This document shows positions 1 to 10,431 of a stretch of DNA of 64,000 nt, piece by piece (position 1 is the stretch's first letter; every line of letters starts with the position of its first letter). Position numbers and translations under genes: made by a program. This DNA is from Gammaproteobacteria bacterium (GTDB lineage Bacteria > Pseudomonadota > Gammaproteobacteria > SZUA-229): the NCBI GenBank assembly GCA_041589455.1, contig JBFHVQ010000002.1:9120-73119 (forward strand), read 5' to 3'. The notes beneath the pieces are model-generated. The model searched no databases. It was not told the origin of the DNA and saw only the letters and a program-made list of their open reading frames with translations.

Positions 1-491
1 TCACAGCAGAGCTGGCCATTGGTAAACGTATGACTGATCGAATTTCCATAAGAGGTGGCCTGCTATTTGAAAGCTTTGATGCAGATGTCCGTGAGTTTGA
101 TAATGACAATATGCGAGTTTACCTCAATTCAGACTATAAACTCTCAGAACACAATATCATCTATCTGACACTGGCATATACTGATGGCAATACCACAACC
201 TCAACAACCGATACAACACCCGCTAGCAAAACAAGCAATCCCCCCCGCTTTGGCCATCATTTACCCAATGAAGTGAAAACCATTTCATTACGTGCCGATG
301 ATGCATTTAGAAACGGTTTTGTATATCAGCTCGACACCGAATCCAGCAGTTTACAGCTAGGCATTAACTATGGATTAAGTGACCATCAATCGATTGATGC
401 ATCTGCTTTCTACTTCCGCTCAGATAGCTTCGGAAGTGACACATACGATGGTACAATTTTACAATTAAGTTACCTACATAGATTTCAATGA
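1..491 (+). CDS. outer-membrane beta-barrel protein, C-terminal fragment (5' end lies outside the window)
   Basis: Frame is open from base 3 with no stop before the listed ATG at 30. Alternating beta-strand-like pattern and an aromatic C-terminus (...LSYLHRFQ) are typical of OMP barrels. Family not identified. Confidence 0.4.
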   Translation, partial: TAELAIGKRMTDRISIRGGLLFESFDADVREFDNDNMRVYLNSDYKLSEHNIIYLTLAYTDGNTTTSTTDTTPASKTSNPPRFGHHLPNEVKTISLRADDAFRNGFVYQLDTESSSLQLGINYGLSDHQSIDASAFYFRSDSFGSDTYDGTILQLSYLHRFQ

Positions 492-841
492 AGCCATTAG
501 ACAATATCATTAATATTCATTTTGAGGACTTCCATAGCCTGGTTATAGATGCCTCTCACACAAAACCCGTTTTAGTCGACCTGTGGGCTGAGTGGTGCTC
601 ACCCTGCCGCATCATCGCACCGATGCTTGAAAAAATCGCTGCTGAATTCCCGGACACGTTGACGATCACTAAAATTGAAGTCGATGAAGGTGAAAACATG
701 AAAATCGCAGGCAAATATCAGGTCAGAGGCTTTCCTACATTAATATTATTCCAGAATGGCAAGGAAGCGGGGCGATTTAGCGGCGCCAAACCATTACACT
801 TTATTCGTGAATTCATTGAAGACCACTGCGATATTGACTAA
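488..841 (+). CDS. thioredoxin-family protein with atypical CSPC active site
   Basis: LVDLWAEWCSPCR...FPTLILF thioredoxin signature. The ATG overlaps the upstream stop (ATGA). Confidence 0.8.
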   Translation: MKPLDNIINIHFEDFHSLVIDASHTKPVLVDLWAEWCSPCRIIAPMLEKIAAEFPDTLTITKIEVDEGENMKIAGKYQVRGFPTLILFQNGKEAGRFSGAKPLHFIREFIEDHCDID

Positions 842-934
842 AGCATAATCTTTTAAGAATGATTAAAATACAGTTTTTGCTAGACTCATATAACCCTGGA
901 TTTACAATATAAAACAAGGATTAATGCATTCCTA

Positions 935-2104
935 ATGAATAGCAATTTGAAACATCTCTTTCTAACAGGCATAACACTACTATGCTTCTCATCCAGTGTT
1001 TTTTCAGACGACAAACCGTCTTCAAAACCACTCGATAATTATCAAAAAGGTCTACAGGCCTTTGAAAAAAATGACCATGCTACCGCACTCATTTTATGGT
1101 TCCCCCTGGCCGACAAGGGACATGCCGACGCCCAGTTTCATCTTGGCAAAATGTACCTGGATAACAACAACCCGGGATATGATCCTGAAACAGCAGCCAA
1201 ATGGCTATCTCAATCTGCCGACCAGAACCACACAGAATCACAGTCTTTATTAGGCCAGATGTACCTCAAAGGCACGGGAGTCAAACGAAATTTTAAAAAA
1301 GCAGCACACTGGTTACTCAAAGCCGCGAAACACAACAATATCGAAGCAGAATATCTACTGGGTAAACTTTATTATTATGGTGATGGTGTTAAAAAATCAC
1401 GTAAAGACTCAATCTACTGGTACAAAAAAGCCAGTGAACAGGGCCACGATAGAGCATCGGTAGAATTAGCACTGCTTTACCTTAATGGCAAGAACGTCAA
1501 ACAAAACACTGCGAACGCTAAACAATTACTTGAAAAAGCTGCCAGCCATAATAATAGTTATGCACTTTTAACGCTTGCCCGCTTTTATGAAGAAGGAAAA
1601 TACTACGAAAAAGATCTACAGCAATCGCTGGTATTTTATACAAAATCTGCTGAAGCTGGCTCTATGGATGCACAGTTTAAGTTAGCAGATGCATATGACC
1701 AGGGCACACTCACCAAACAAGACCGCAATCGATCATTTGTCTGGTATCGCAAGGCAGCTGAGCAGGGGCATCTGGAGTCCCTCTATCGACTTGGACGAGC
1801 TTATGTAAATGGTTATGGCACAAATAAAGACTTTAAAAGGGGGGTAAATGCTTTCCATAAAGCAGCAGAACGTGGACACGGCCAGGCACAAATGGACCTT
1901 GGTGTTGCCTACTATACTGGAAAAGGTGTTGCCCCTGACTCAACGATCGCTTATGCCTGGTTTTATGTTGCTGCAGCAAACAAGGTTAAAGATGCACGTA
2001 AAACCCAGAAAACGCTTTACCAGAAACTGACTAAGGAAGATAAACGCATTGCTGCAAAGCTGGGAATCGAGTACAAACGTAAATATTATGTGCGAAAAAA
2101 GTAA
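935..2104 (+). CDS. secreted Sel1-like (SLR/TPR) repeat protein
   Basis: N-terminal signal peptide. About 8 repeats of the ~36-aa A(x)WYxKAAxQGxxxAQxxLGxxY pattern. Confidence 0.85.
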   Translation: MNSNLKHLFLTGITLLCFSSSVFSDDKPSSKPLDNYQKGLQAFEKNDHATALILWFPLADKGHADAQFHLGKMYLDNNNPGYDPETAAKWLSQSADQNHTESQSLLGQMYLKGTGVKRNFKKAAHWLLKAAKHNNIEAEYLLGKLYYYGDGVKKSRKDSIYWYKKASEQGHDRASVELALLYLNGKNVKQNTANAKQLLEKAASHNNSYALLTLARFYEEGKYYEKDLQQSLVFYTKSAEAGSMDAQFKLADAYDQGTLTKQDRNRSFVWYRKAAEQGHLESLYRLGRAYVNGYGTNKDFKRGVNAFHKAAERGHGQAQMDLGVAYYTGKGVAPDSTIAYAWFYVAAANKVKDARKTQKTLYQKLTKEDKRIAAKLGIEYKRKYYVRKK

Positions 2105-2223
2105 CTCCTGTGCCACTTATCGAATAGAAACCTGTTTGTGAGCTATTACACACACTTTTTAACCACATTAACTAAACTATTGATATTCAATAATTTAGCA
2201 ACTTCATTTTTTAAAATGGACTA

Positions 2224-4329
2224 ATGCAAAGATACCATTTACTGCAGCGCTGCCTCCCCATTTCAGGCGGCAAAACTATCCGGCTATTTAGCCTGTGTTT
2301 TGCTGTGTCTATTAGTGCACCTAGCTTATGTCTTGCCAATATTCCAGGCAATTCTTACCCTGATTATCTTCAGTCAGAAGAGTTCACTGCTTATGCTGCT
2401 CAACGTGAAACCTATATTGCTGCTAGCAAAGCATTTGATAGCGGCAATATAAACAAGTTCAAACAGCTTTCTCGACAACTCAAAGACTACCCTCTTTACC
2501 CATATCTGGAATATAAGGCCTATAACAGCAAGCTATCTACATTATCACAACAACAGGTACAGTATTTTCTGAAAACCTATGATGAAACGGTGGTTGGTGA
2601 CTGGCTACGTTCCAAGCTCATTACAACCTATAGCCGAAAAAAGCGATGGCAATCTCTCATTGATATTTACCGCCCAGGTTATGGCGTCACCGCCGAATGC
2701 AACTACTTGTATGCACTTATCAAGAATAAACAGGCCAGCCTTGCCTACCCCCGAATTGAAGCACTCTGGTTATCACCATCATCACAGCCCAAACAGTGTG
2801 ACAAGGTGTTTAGCCACTGGAAGAAACAGGGATTACTCACCCCTGAACTTATCTGGGAACGCTTTAGACTTGCCATTAATGACGGAAATCGATCCCTGGC
2901 AAAATACCTGTTCACGTTGATGTCGGGCGGTGACCGAACGGCAGCACAACTTTGGCTCAAATCCCATAATAGACCGCAGAAAGTTCGCTTTTCCGAAATC
3001 CGTCAACTACCCCAGCCAGAACAGTCCAGCTTATTAGTCCATTGGCTTAAACGACTGGTTCGTCATGACATTGATCTCGGTATCGAAACTTTTCTTCAAC
3101 ATCAGAACTACCCCTTTACTCGCCAGCAACACGCCCAGGTTACACGCTACATTGGCTTGAAACTAGCTCGTTCACACCTGCCAGGCGCTCACCTCTGGCT
3201 CGCTCGTGTACCTGCTGAAGAAACAGATAAACACGTAAAGGAATGGAAAATTCGTACCGCCATACGCCAGGGAGACTGGGTTCAGGTTGTTGAAAATATT
3301 AACCAGCTAAGTACGTCTCAACAAAACACGAATCGCTGGCAATACTGGTGGGCTTATGCCAATGAAGAACTGGGTAATAATAATGATGCCATCGGTATTT
3401 ACCAGCGCCTCGCTGAAAAGCGCAGCTATTATGGCTTCCTTGCAGCCGATCACCTCAATCTTAATTACAACTTCCGAGACCGCCCGATAGAACCTTCTGA
3501 AGATGCCATTAGCTATATCAGACAACAACCAGAAACCACCAGGGCGAGAGAGTTTTACCTGATGGAACGTCAACTCCCAGCTCGACGCGAATGGCAGCGT
3601 CTGTTGAAACGGCTCACATCAGAACAAAAGCTTGCCGCCTCAAAACTTGCACAACTCTGGGGGTGGCATGATCGCGCTATAATAACCATGGGGCAAACAC
3701 GATACCGTGATGACATCGAGCTCCGCTTCCCTCTACTCATGCAAGAAAAAATTCACAAATGGTCATCTCGTCATAATATAGAAGCCGCCTGGACCTACGC
3801 TATTATTCGCCGTGAAAGCGCCTTTATATCGGATGCTCGCTCATCTGTAGGCGCTATGGGGCTCATGCAATTAATGCCAAATACAGCACGTAGTATGGCT
3901 CGCCACCTGAACATACATTATTCGGGCTACTCCAGCCTGCTAACCACTAACACCAATATCCGTCTTGGAACTGGCTATCTGGATCGGATGCTGGAAAAAC
4001 TCAACCTGCAGGTTCTCGCAACTGCTGCCTATAATGCAGGGCCTCACCGAGTTGAGGCATGGCTGCCAGAACATAGAGCAATGGATGCAATGCGCTGGAT
4101 TGAAACCATTCCCTTTCAAGAAACCCGTGAATATGTCAGTAACGTTTTGGCCTATATGGCTATCTACGAGCACCGCATGCAACGCACGGTAACTCGCCTA
4201 CGTGACAGAATGCCACCGATTCCTCCTAAAGAAGCATCAAGTGATGAGTCTGCCATCTCTCAGGCCGTCAGCCTGCCCAATACCCCATTTTCTCCGCCTG
4301 AAACAAGCCCACTTAAAGAAAAATCCTGA
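2224..4329 (+). CDS. slt: soluble lytic murein transglycosylase (Slt70-like)
   Basis: Long superhelical N-domain plus a C-terminal SLT domain with RRESAF...GLMQLMP...AYNAGP motifs. Signal sequence present. Confidence 0.9.
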   Translation: MQRYHLLQRCLPISGGKTIRLFSLCFAVSISAPSLCLANIPGNSYPDYLQSEEFTAYAAQRETYIAASKAFDSGNINKFKQLSRQLKDYPLYPYLEYKAYNSKLSTLSQQQVQYFLKTYDETVVGDWLRSKLITTYSRKKRWQSLIDIYRPGYGVTAECNYLYALIKNKQASLAYPRIEALWLSPSSQPKQCDKVFSHWKKQGLLTPELIWERFRLAINDGNRSLAKYLFTLMSGGDRTAAQLWLKSHNRPQKVRFSEIRQLPQPEQSSLLVHWLKRLVRHDIDLGIETFLQHQNYPFTRQQHAQVTRYIGLKLARSHLPGAHLWLARVPAEETDKHVKEWKIRTAIRQGDWVQVVENINQLSTSQQNTNRWQYWWAYANEELGNNNDAIGIYQRLAEKRSYYGFLAADHLNLNYNFRDRPIEPSEDAISYIRQQPETTRAREFYLMERQLPARREWQRLLKRLTSEQKLAASKLAQLWGWHDRAIITMGQTRYRDDIELRFPLLMQEKIHKWSSRHNIEAAWTYAIIRRESAFISDARSSVGAMGLMQLMPNTARSMARHLNIHYSGYSSLLTTNTNIRLGTGYLDRMLEKLNLQVLATAAYNAGPHRVEAWLPEHRAMDAMRWIETIPFQETREYVSNVLAYMAIYEHRMQRTVTRLRDRMPPIPPKEASSDESAISQAVSLPNTPFSPPETSPLKEKS

Positions 4330-4437
4330 TTTTCATATAAAAAACATGAAGATAGTTGCACTTGCTAATAATCTAGTCTAAGTTTATTATGTAATTAACG
4401 TTAATTGCTTTGATAAATCCGCACCAGGAGCATATAA

Positions 4438-4623
4438 ATGAAAAATGACAACAAATTAAGAATTGGCGACAAAGTTAGAATCAAGCGTACTGGACAGGAG
4501 GTTACTGTAGATCAGGTGAGCGCCCATGGTTTTAGCGTTATCAAGTTTAATTCAGGTGGTACTTACCGATTCCTGAATCATCACCTTGAAAAGCAAGACA
4601 ATCAGAACATAGTTTATAACTAA
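4438..4623 (+). CDS. small hypothetical protein (61 aa)
   Basis: AGGAG Shine-Dalgarno 8 nt upstream of the ATG. No recognisable family. Confidence 0.45.
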   Translation: MKNDNKLRIGDKVRIKRTGQEVTVDQVSAHGFSVIKFNSGGTYRFLNHHLEKQDNQNIVYN

Positions 4624-4739
4624 ATATGGCCGTGTTGTGCACCAGGGAGGGGGCACGTTATCGGACAATGGATACTCAAGAAATATTTGATATCGTCGAT
4701 GAATAGAGTATCTATTTATACTTATACACGAACACTGAT

Positions 4740-5024
4740 ATGGCAAATATTCCTACCATCCATCGCCGAGTTAGCCAGCTATCCAGGCCTATTCGTCGAA
4801 GCCAGAAGGTTACTCAAAGCGAACACCCCGCAGATGAAGAGCAGCGACACAGTAGCTTTAAAGAGAGACGACGAGGGGATCGCCGCAAACACAGCACCAG
4901 GGTGCGCCTTGAGAGGCGAGACAGGCATAAAAACAGGCGCCAGTTAAAGCGGCACCAGAAAAATGAAAGCGTCTCACAAGAGACTTCAGAAAGAATGGGA
5001 CGTCATATAAACACTGAAGCCTGA
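4740..5024 (+). CDS. hypothetical Arg-rich basic protein (94 aa)
   Basis: ORF only, with no obvious SD. About one residue in five is Arg (ERRRGDRRKHSTRVRLERRDRHKNRR). Confidence 0.3.
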   Translation: MANIPTIHRRVSQLSRPIRRSQKVTQSEHPADEEQRHSSFKERRRGDRRKHSTRVRLERRDRHKNRRQLKRHQKNESVSQETSERMGRHINTEA

Positions 5025-5123
5025 CCCGCACTCCATCAATTTGCTTTGATATGATACCCAATATTCATTAAGCTTAAATTATGGCCTCCGCAGACAACCC
5101 TTTTATTAATTTACGTGAAGTTT

Positions 5124-5396
5124 ATGAAAAAAAAAGCACTCATTACCTTACAGTTTGTCATCTTTGCGATTCTAGCAACCGCCGGCATTTTATATGTTCT
5201 TAACAAGTCGCCAGTAGAAGACCTTGGCACCTATGAAAAACAGGAAGTAAGAGTACCTAACAAGGACTCATCGATAGTAGATCAGTTTTTCAGCCCTAAG
5301 TCTAAAGCTCCGCAGCAAAGTGATGATGTATCTCTGATGGGTGGCTCAAGCCGCTATGACGAGGTTCGCATAGGCAAAAGCCTAGAAGAGGAGTAG
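5124..5396 (+). CDS. hypothetical membrane-anchored protein
   Basis: MKKKALITLQFVIFAILATAGILYV N-terminal TM or signal anchor. The ORF track starts at GTG 5115, but ATG 5124 is more likely. Confidence 0.4.
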   Translation: MKKKALITLQFVIFAILATAGILYVLNKSPVEDLGTYEKQEVRVPNKDSSIVDQFFSPKSKAPQQSDDVSLMGGSSRYDEVRIGKSLEEE

Positions 5397-5406
5397 TTAT
5401 CTACTG

Positions 5407-6342
5407 TTAATAGTGACTCTGGTCGATCAGCTGTTCTATCAACGGTGAGCAGATCACATCGAGCGCATGCCCCATGCCACAGCCGGGTATTACCAGACTG
5501 TTTCGCCGGGTCATTACCGCCCCTTCTATAGAGTCAGCGTAATAAGCAACATCATGCTTATGTGCTTCCCGAAAACTCACCACCAGGACACTCTCGTCAT
5601 CATTGGGTACCGCAGACATATCGAATGGATTCGATGTATCAACCACCGGCATACGCTGAAAGTTTATATCTGTTAACGAAAACTGTGGCACGATAAAATG
5701 AATATAATCCTGTAGCTGATGCAGAATTTGTTCGGTCACCTTTTCTGCTGTCAACTGCCACTTGATACGATCGCCCTGAATACGCTGAATCCACTCCAGG
5801 TTTATCGCAGGCACTACACCTATTAGCAAATCAACATACTGGGCAACATCAACACCCTGACCAGAATGACCATTTCGACGTTCATTATCCACAATTTGGC
5901 CATTACCTGATTTACGACGCGTCCATGATTCAGCTACTACCCCTCCATGCATCCCCTCATAGAACAGGCAATCTGTATCCTGCGGCAGATTCTGCCATTC
6001 GGTAAACTCTCCTGGTACTTCGTCAAATAAATGCTGATTTTGCTGATTTACTTTGTATCGAAAACAGCCACTTCCTGATTCGGCGTAGCTTTTAAAACAG
6101 GATTCAAGTTTTGAAAAATCATTCAGGTCAGGACCATAGCAACTTAATGATTTGCCTTCAGATTTAGCCTGAATTATCATTTTTTCAGTCGCTTTATCGT
6201 CATAACGAAGAAAACCATCACCTTCGATAAAACCTGCCTGGATATTATGACGAAAAAATATTTCCTTGAATGTTTTCTGGACAGAAGAAGTACCTGCTCC
6301 ACAAGCGCCTGTTACTGCAATAATGGGATGTGTTTTTGACAT
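5407..6342 (-). CDS. prk: phosphoribulokinase
   Basis: MSKTHPIIAVTGACGAGTSS P-loop, plus EGDGF, FYEGMHGG, VPAINLEWIQRI and VDTSNPF, collinear with E. coli PrkB / CbbP. Confidence 0.92.
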   Translation of the reverse strand: MSKTHPIIAVTGACGAGTSSVQKTFKEIFFRHNIQAGFIEGDGFLRYDDKATEKMIIQAKSEGKSLSCYGPDLNDFSKLESCFKSYAESGSGCFRYKVNQQNQHLFDEVPGEFTEWQNLPQDTDCLFYEGMHGGVVAESWTRRKSGNGQIVDNERRNGHSGQGVDVAQYVDLLIGVVPAINLEWIQRIQGDRIKWQLTAEKVTEQILHQLQDYIHFIVPQFSLTDINFQRMPVVDTSNPFDMSAVPNDDESVLVVSFREAHKHDVAYYADSIEGAVMTRRNSLVIPGCGMGHALDVICSPLIEQLIDQSHY

Positions 6343-6513
6343 AACGCTAAAGCGCCTTTAATTTTTTAAGACACACAAGCTTATATTGATATGGAACCCG
6401 GTCAACCATTTATCGACACCTTGTTGACGCTTGTTAATTATCAACTATTAATATATTGATACTCCCCCAGATTTTCAAGTGTCATCCAGGCCTTAACAAG
6501 ATGGGAGGTTCTT

Positions 6514-6738
6514 ATGAATAACCAGGGTTTCTATTACACTGGCCCCGAAAGGCGTCACGCAAAAGCACCAAGACGATTAATTTTTTGCCGAAGACACAGA
6601 ATCCGCAGAGAGTCACTTGTAACTGACTGTCGGCAGACACCCTGCAGAAGGCAGGAAGATGTAGATGGTTACATCGAACTGAGCACCTTATACGACGGAG
6701 AGAATCAATCCCAGAGACCGCCCCATACGGAAAAATAA
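6514..6738 (+). CDS. hypothetical Arg/Cys-rich small protein (74 aa)
   Basis: GGGAGG SD 6 nt upstream. 13 Arg and 3 Cys, with an acidic C-terminal half. Confidence 0.45.
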   Translation: MNNQGFYYTGPERRHAKAPRRLIFCRRHRIRRESLVTDCRQTPCRRQEDVDGYIELSTLYDGENQSQRPPHTEK

Positions 6739-6749
6739 ATTAGCACTAT

Positions 6750-6779
6750 CGCAAAAGCTACCACCAGGAAGCGGTAGCT
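6750..6779 (-). terminator. candidate intrinsic terminator downstream of the PilZ gene
   Basis: AGCTACC / GGTAGCT 7-bp stem (6756-6762 / 6773-6779) with a 10-nt loop, followed on the minus strand by TTTTGC. Confidence 0.4.
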
Positions 6780-6832
6780 AGATACTGCATTACAAAACTG
6801 GCATCGACGTGGCATCTGAAGCCCGGGCTAAT

Positions 6833-7192
6833 TCACTTCAGAGCTGCCTGCCAGCTATCCAGGTCAGTCACTGTATCTGTTCGCTCTCTCAAAACCACTC
6901 CGATTTGAAAATATCCACCCACTTCCATTTCAGTACACCAGCGAACGTTACCTGTAAGAAAATAACGCTTATTATCATCTTTCAGTGTTACCCATACGTC
7001 CAGCACACTATCCAGCTTTATAGGTTGATTTATTTCGATACGTAAACCAGTTGCTGAAACATCAATTGTTGATCCACAAAGTGTTTTACCTAGTAAGTTA
7101 GGGTTTTCCGATGAGAAGACTATTTTTAGTTCAAGAGCTTCTTGTAAATGGTATCGTTGGGCACCACGGCGCTCTTCAAGTGTATTTTCCAT
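6833..7192 (-). CDS. PilZ domain protein (c-di-GMP receptor)
   Basis: RRGAQR (RxxxR) and DVSATG (DxSxxG) motifs at the canonical spacing. Confidence 0.75.
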   Translation of the reverse strand: MENTLEERRGAQRYHLQEALELKIVFSSENPNLLGKTLCGSTIDVSATGLRIEINQPIKLDSVLDVWVTLKDDNKRYFLTGNVRWCTEMEVGGYFQIGVVLRERTDTVTDLDSWQAALK

Positions 7193-7305
7193 GCAAATGT
7201 CCCAAAATGACAGTCGTATTATTATAAGTGCTTTGACACAGCCCTTAACAACCCTGTGAATTAAGTATTTTCAACAGGCATGAATAATTTAGTATAGGCT
7301 GGCAT

Positions 7306-10300
7306 TCAGTTTTTTCCAGCTCTATAACCTAATCCGATGCCAAGCCTGGATTTCATATCCTCCAGAATATAGTAACTGGCTGGCACCAATAGCAGGCTGA
7401 CTATGGTTGCAAACATAACACCAAACGCTAATGATACAGCCATAGGGATTAAAAATTGCGCCTGCACACTTCGTTCCAGCATCAATGGCGTCAGTCCTGC
7501 AAAGGTAGTCAGCGAGGTCAATATTATTGGCCTGAAACGAGCTGCTCCAGCTTCACGTATCGCACTGGTCAGATTAATACCTGATGCACGCTGCCGATTA
7601 ATATAATCGACCAGCACCAGGTTATCATTAACCACTACTCCCGCGACAGCAATCATGCCACTCAGGGAAAGCAGGCTAATATCAAGCCCAAGTAGTATGT
7701 GCCCCAGAATTGCACCAATTAAACCAAAAGGGATAGCACTCATCACCATCAGCGGCTGGGTGTATGATTTAAATGGAATCGCCATTAATGCATAAATACC
7801 GATCAACGCCATGATAAAGCCCTGATACATAGCAGTAATTAATTCATCCTGATTTTTCTGACTTCCTGACTTACTCCATTTCACGCCAGGGTAGGTTCCA
7901 GAAAAATCATCCAGGAAGTCTTTTCTAAGACTCTCATTAACCTGTGAAGGCACAGCTTTCGATTCGTCTATTCTGGCACTCACCGTAACCACTCGCTTTC
8001 TATCGATGCGAAGAATCTCAGTTGAACTCGATGCAAAATGTATATCTGCCACTTCAGCAATTGGCACATCGGAACCATCATCTAGCCTGATAAACATTGT
8101 CTCAAGAAAATACAAGGATTCTCGTTGCGACGCCGGATAACGCACAACGACCTTGACTTCATCTCGACCACGCTGAATACGCTGAATCTCTTCACCGTAA
8201 AATGCCTGCCTGACCTGACGCGCTAATAACTGAGGCGTTACACCAAGCGTTTCAGCATAAGGTTTTAATTTGAGTTGGACTTCTTTTTTTCCTGCCTCAT
8301 AAGTATCCTGAATATCAAATACACCAGTATAAGATTTTAACTGCGCCTTTAATGCCGCAGATGCTTTAATCAGCTTTTCAATATCTTCCCCAGTTAAGTC
8401 AACACTGACTTCAGGACCAGAATCACGCAAGCTCGATTGAAATGTTAATTGAGTAGCTCCTACAACCTCCCCAACCGACTCACGCCATAAACGTAAAATC
8501 TCCTCGCTTTCTACTTTTCGATCTTCAGATGCGGCCAACGAAAGCGATACCTCTCCTACATGAGATCCTTCCTTGCCACTGCGACTAACAACCTGCAAGC
8601 CTATTGTCGACACGATACTTTCTATTTGCTCCTCACCACTGCGAATTCTTAATTGCTTCCTTAGCTCCTGAGCCACCTGTTCAATTTTCTCTACCGCATT
8701 TTCAGTTTTATCTACAGGCGTTCCCTGCGCAAAAGCAACACTCGCAATTGCGATGTCACCTTCCACTTTCGGGAAGAATAAAAGATGTATCCAGCCCCCG
8801 TATAACACAGTTATAAAAATCAAAAAAGCACCTACAAAACTCGACACAGTTAAATAACGCCACTGCAACACTCGATCAAGAAATGGCTTATATTTATATT
8901 CGATGAATTTTTCCAGCCAGCTAGAAAATGTTTTCTGAAATTTTGTATAGCGATGCTTTCCGGAAGATTGTTCTTTTATATTCGATAGATGTGCAGGCAA
9001 TACAAAGAGACATTCCACCAGTGAAAACAACAGTGTAATTATCACCACCTGCGGTATCACCATCCATAGTCGCCCATCAGCTCCAGGCAAGAACAATATT
9101 GGCATAAAAGCAACAACACTGGTAAGAACTGCAAAGGTAACGGGCACCGATACACTTTGCGCACCGGCAATTGCTCCCTGCAAACCTAGCTGTCCACTCC
9201 TATGATACTTATGAATATTTTCACCAACAACAATTGCATCATCGACGACAATTCCCAGCACGAGAATAAAGCCAAACATTGAAATCATATTAATGGAGCC
9301 ATCAAAATAGGGCAACAACCAGAACGCCCCCATAAATGATATTGGTATACCAAGACTAACCCAGAAAGCAACTTTAAAACGCAGGAATAGTACCAGCACC
9401 ATGAACACCAGAAATAAACCTGTCAACGCATTGCGCGTCAACAAATTCATTCTACTTTTAAAATAATCTGATTTATCCTGCCAGACATTCAGCGTCACAC
9501 CCTGAGGCAATTGAGGATTCTTATTCTCTATATATTGCTTAATGCTATCTGATATCTGCAGAATATTCTGTTCACCCAATCGATAAACCGTTATTAGAAT
9601 ACCTGGCTCACCATTAAAACGCCCTTCAAATTCAACATCCTCAAAGCCATCAACAACTCGTGCAACATCTTCCAGCTTCAATAACTTACCATCTGCTGAA
9701 GCCCTTAACGTTATATCTTTAAAGTCATCGGCCCAGTATGATTGTGATTGCGTACGAAGCAACACATCACCACTACTGGTTTTAAGCTTTCCTCCTGGCA
9801 GATCAAGTGATGCACTACGAACTGCCTGTGCAACCTCATCGAAACTGAGGTCAAATTCATGTAATCGCCCTTCAGATAATTCAATGTTAAGCTCATAATT
9901 CCGTGCATTGACAATTTCAACCTGTGTAATACCGTCTAGCTCTGTTATTTCATCCCTAACCAGTTCTGCAATGCTTTTTAACGTCTGCTCATCCGTGCTT
10001 CCTGCGACCACTACATTTGCAACACTCGTCTTAATACTGATTTCTCGAATGATCGGTCGCTCGACATTTTCTGGAAAATTACTAATTGTATCGACGCGGG
10101 ATTTAATCTCATCCATGATTTCACGCGTTTCATAGCCTGGCTCGACATCTGCACGAACATTACACACACCTTCTGACGCACGGCTGACCAGTGTTCGTAT
10201 ACCTTCAATATCAAATATTGATTCTTCAACGCGGACACAGACTGAACGTTCAATTTCCTCTGGAGACGCACCCGGATACAAGACATTTACTGACACCATA

Positions 10301-10431
10301 TCCAGGGATATATTGGGAATAAGTTCCTTGCGTGTATCTTGAAGTGAAAGAAACCCTGCAACAACAATTAGCACCATCATTAAATTTGCCGCAACTCTGT
10401 TTTCAGCAAACCAGGCGATTAAATTATTCAT
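7306..10431 (-). CDS. RND efflux permease (AcrB/AcrD/AcrF family)
   Basis: 1041 aa, 12-TM architecture with two large periplasmic loops. Typical N-terminus MNNLIAWFAENRVAANLMMVLIVVAG. Confidence 0.93.
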   Translation of the reverse strand: MNNLIAWFAENRVAANLMMVLIVVAGFLSLQDTRKELIPNISLDMVSVNVLYPGASPEEIERSVCVRVEESIFDIEGIRTLVSRASEGVCNVRADVEPGYETREIMDEIKSRVDTISNFPENVERPIIREISIKTSVANVVVAGSTDEQTLKSIAELVRDEITELDGITQVEIVNARNYELNIELSEGRLHEFDLSFDEVAQAVRSASLDLPGGKLKTSSGDVLLRTQSQSYWADDFKDITLRASADGKLLKLEDVARVVDGFEDVEFEGRFNGEPGILITVYRLGEQNILQISDSIKQYIENKNPQLPQGVTLNVWQDKSDYFKSRMNLLTRNALTGLFLVFMVLVLFLRFKVAFWVSLGIPISFMGAFWLLPYFDGSINMISMFGFILVLGIVVDDAIVVGENIHKYHRSGQLGLQGAIAGAQSVSVPVTFAVLTSVVAFMPILFLPGADGRLWMVIPQVVIITLLFSLVECLFVLPAHLSNIKEQSSGKHRYTKFQKTFSSWLEKFIEYKYKPFLDRVLQWRYLTVSSFVGAFLIFITVLYGGWIHLLFFPKVEGDIAIASVAFAQGTPVDKTENAVEKIEQVAQELRKQLRIRSGEEQIESIVSTIGLQVVSRSGKEGSHVGEVSLSLAASEDRKVESEEILRLWRESVGEVVGATQLTFQSSLRDSGPEVSVDLTGEDIEKLIKASAALKAQLKSYTGVFDIQDTYEAGKKEVQLKLKPYAETLGVTPQLLARQVRQAFYGEEIQRIQRGRDEVKVVVRYPASQRESLYFLETMFIRLDDGSDVPIAEVADIHFASSSTEILRIDRKRVVTVSARIDESKAVPSQVNESLRKDFLDDFSGTYPGVKWSKSGSQKNQDELITAMYQGFIMALIGIYALMAIPFKSYTQPLMVMSAIPFGLIGAILGHILLGLDISLLSLSGMIAVAGVVVNDNLVLVDYINRQRASGINLTSAIREAGAARFRPIILTSLTTFAGLTPLMLERSVQAQFLIPMAVSLAFGVMFATIVSLLLVPASYYILEDMKSRLGIGLGYRAGKN

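Noticed and set aside
996-2030. ORFs 996-1253 and 1848-2030 in alternative frames inside the Sel1-repeat gene
   Set aside because: Both are entirely nested in a long ORF with a clear repeat-family signature. They have low-complexity, stop-poor shadow-frame composition and no SD.
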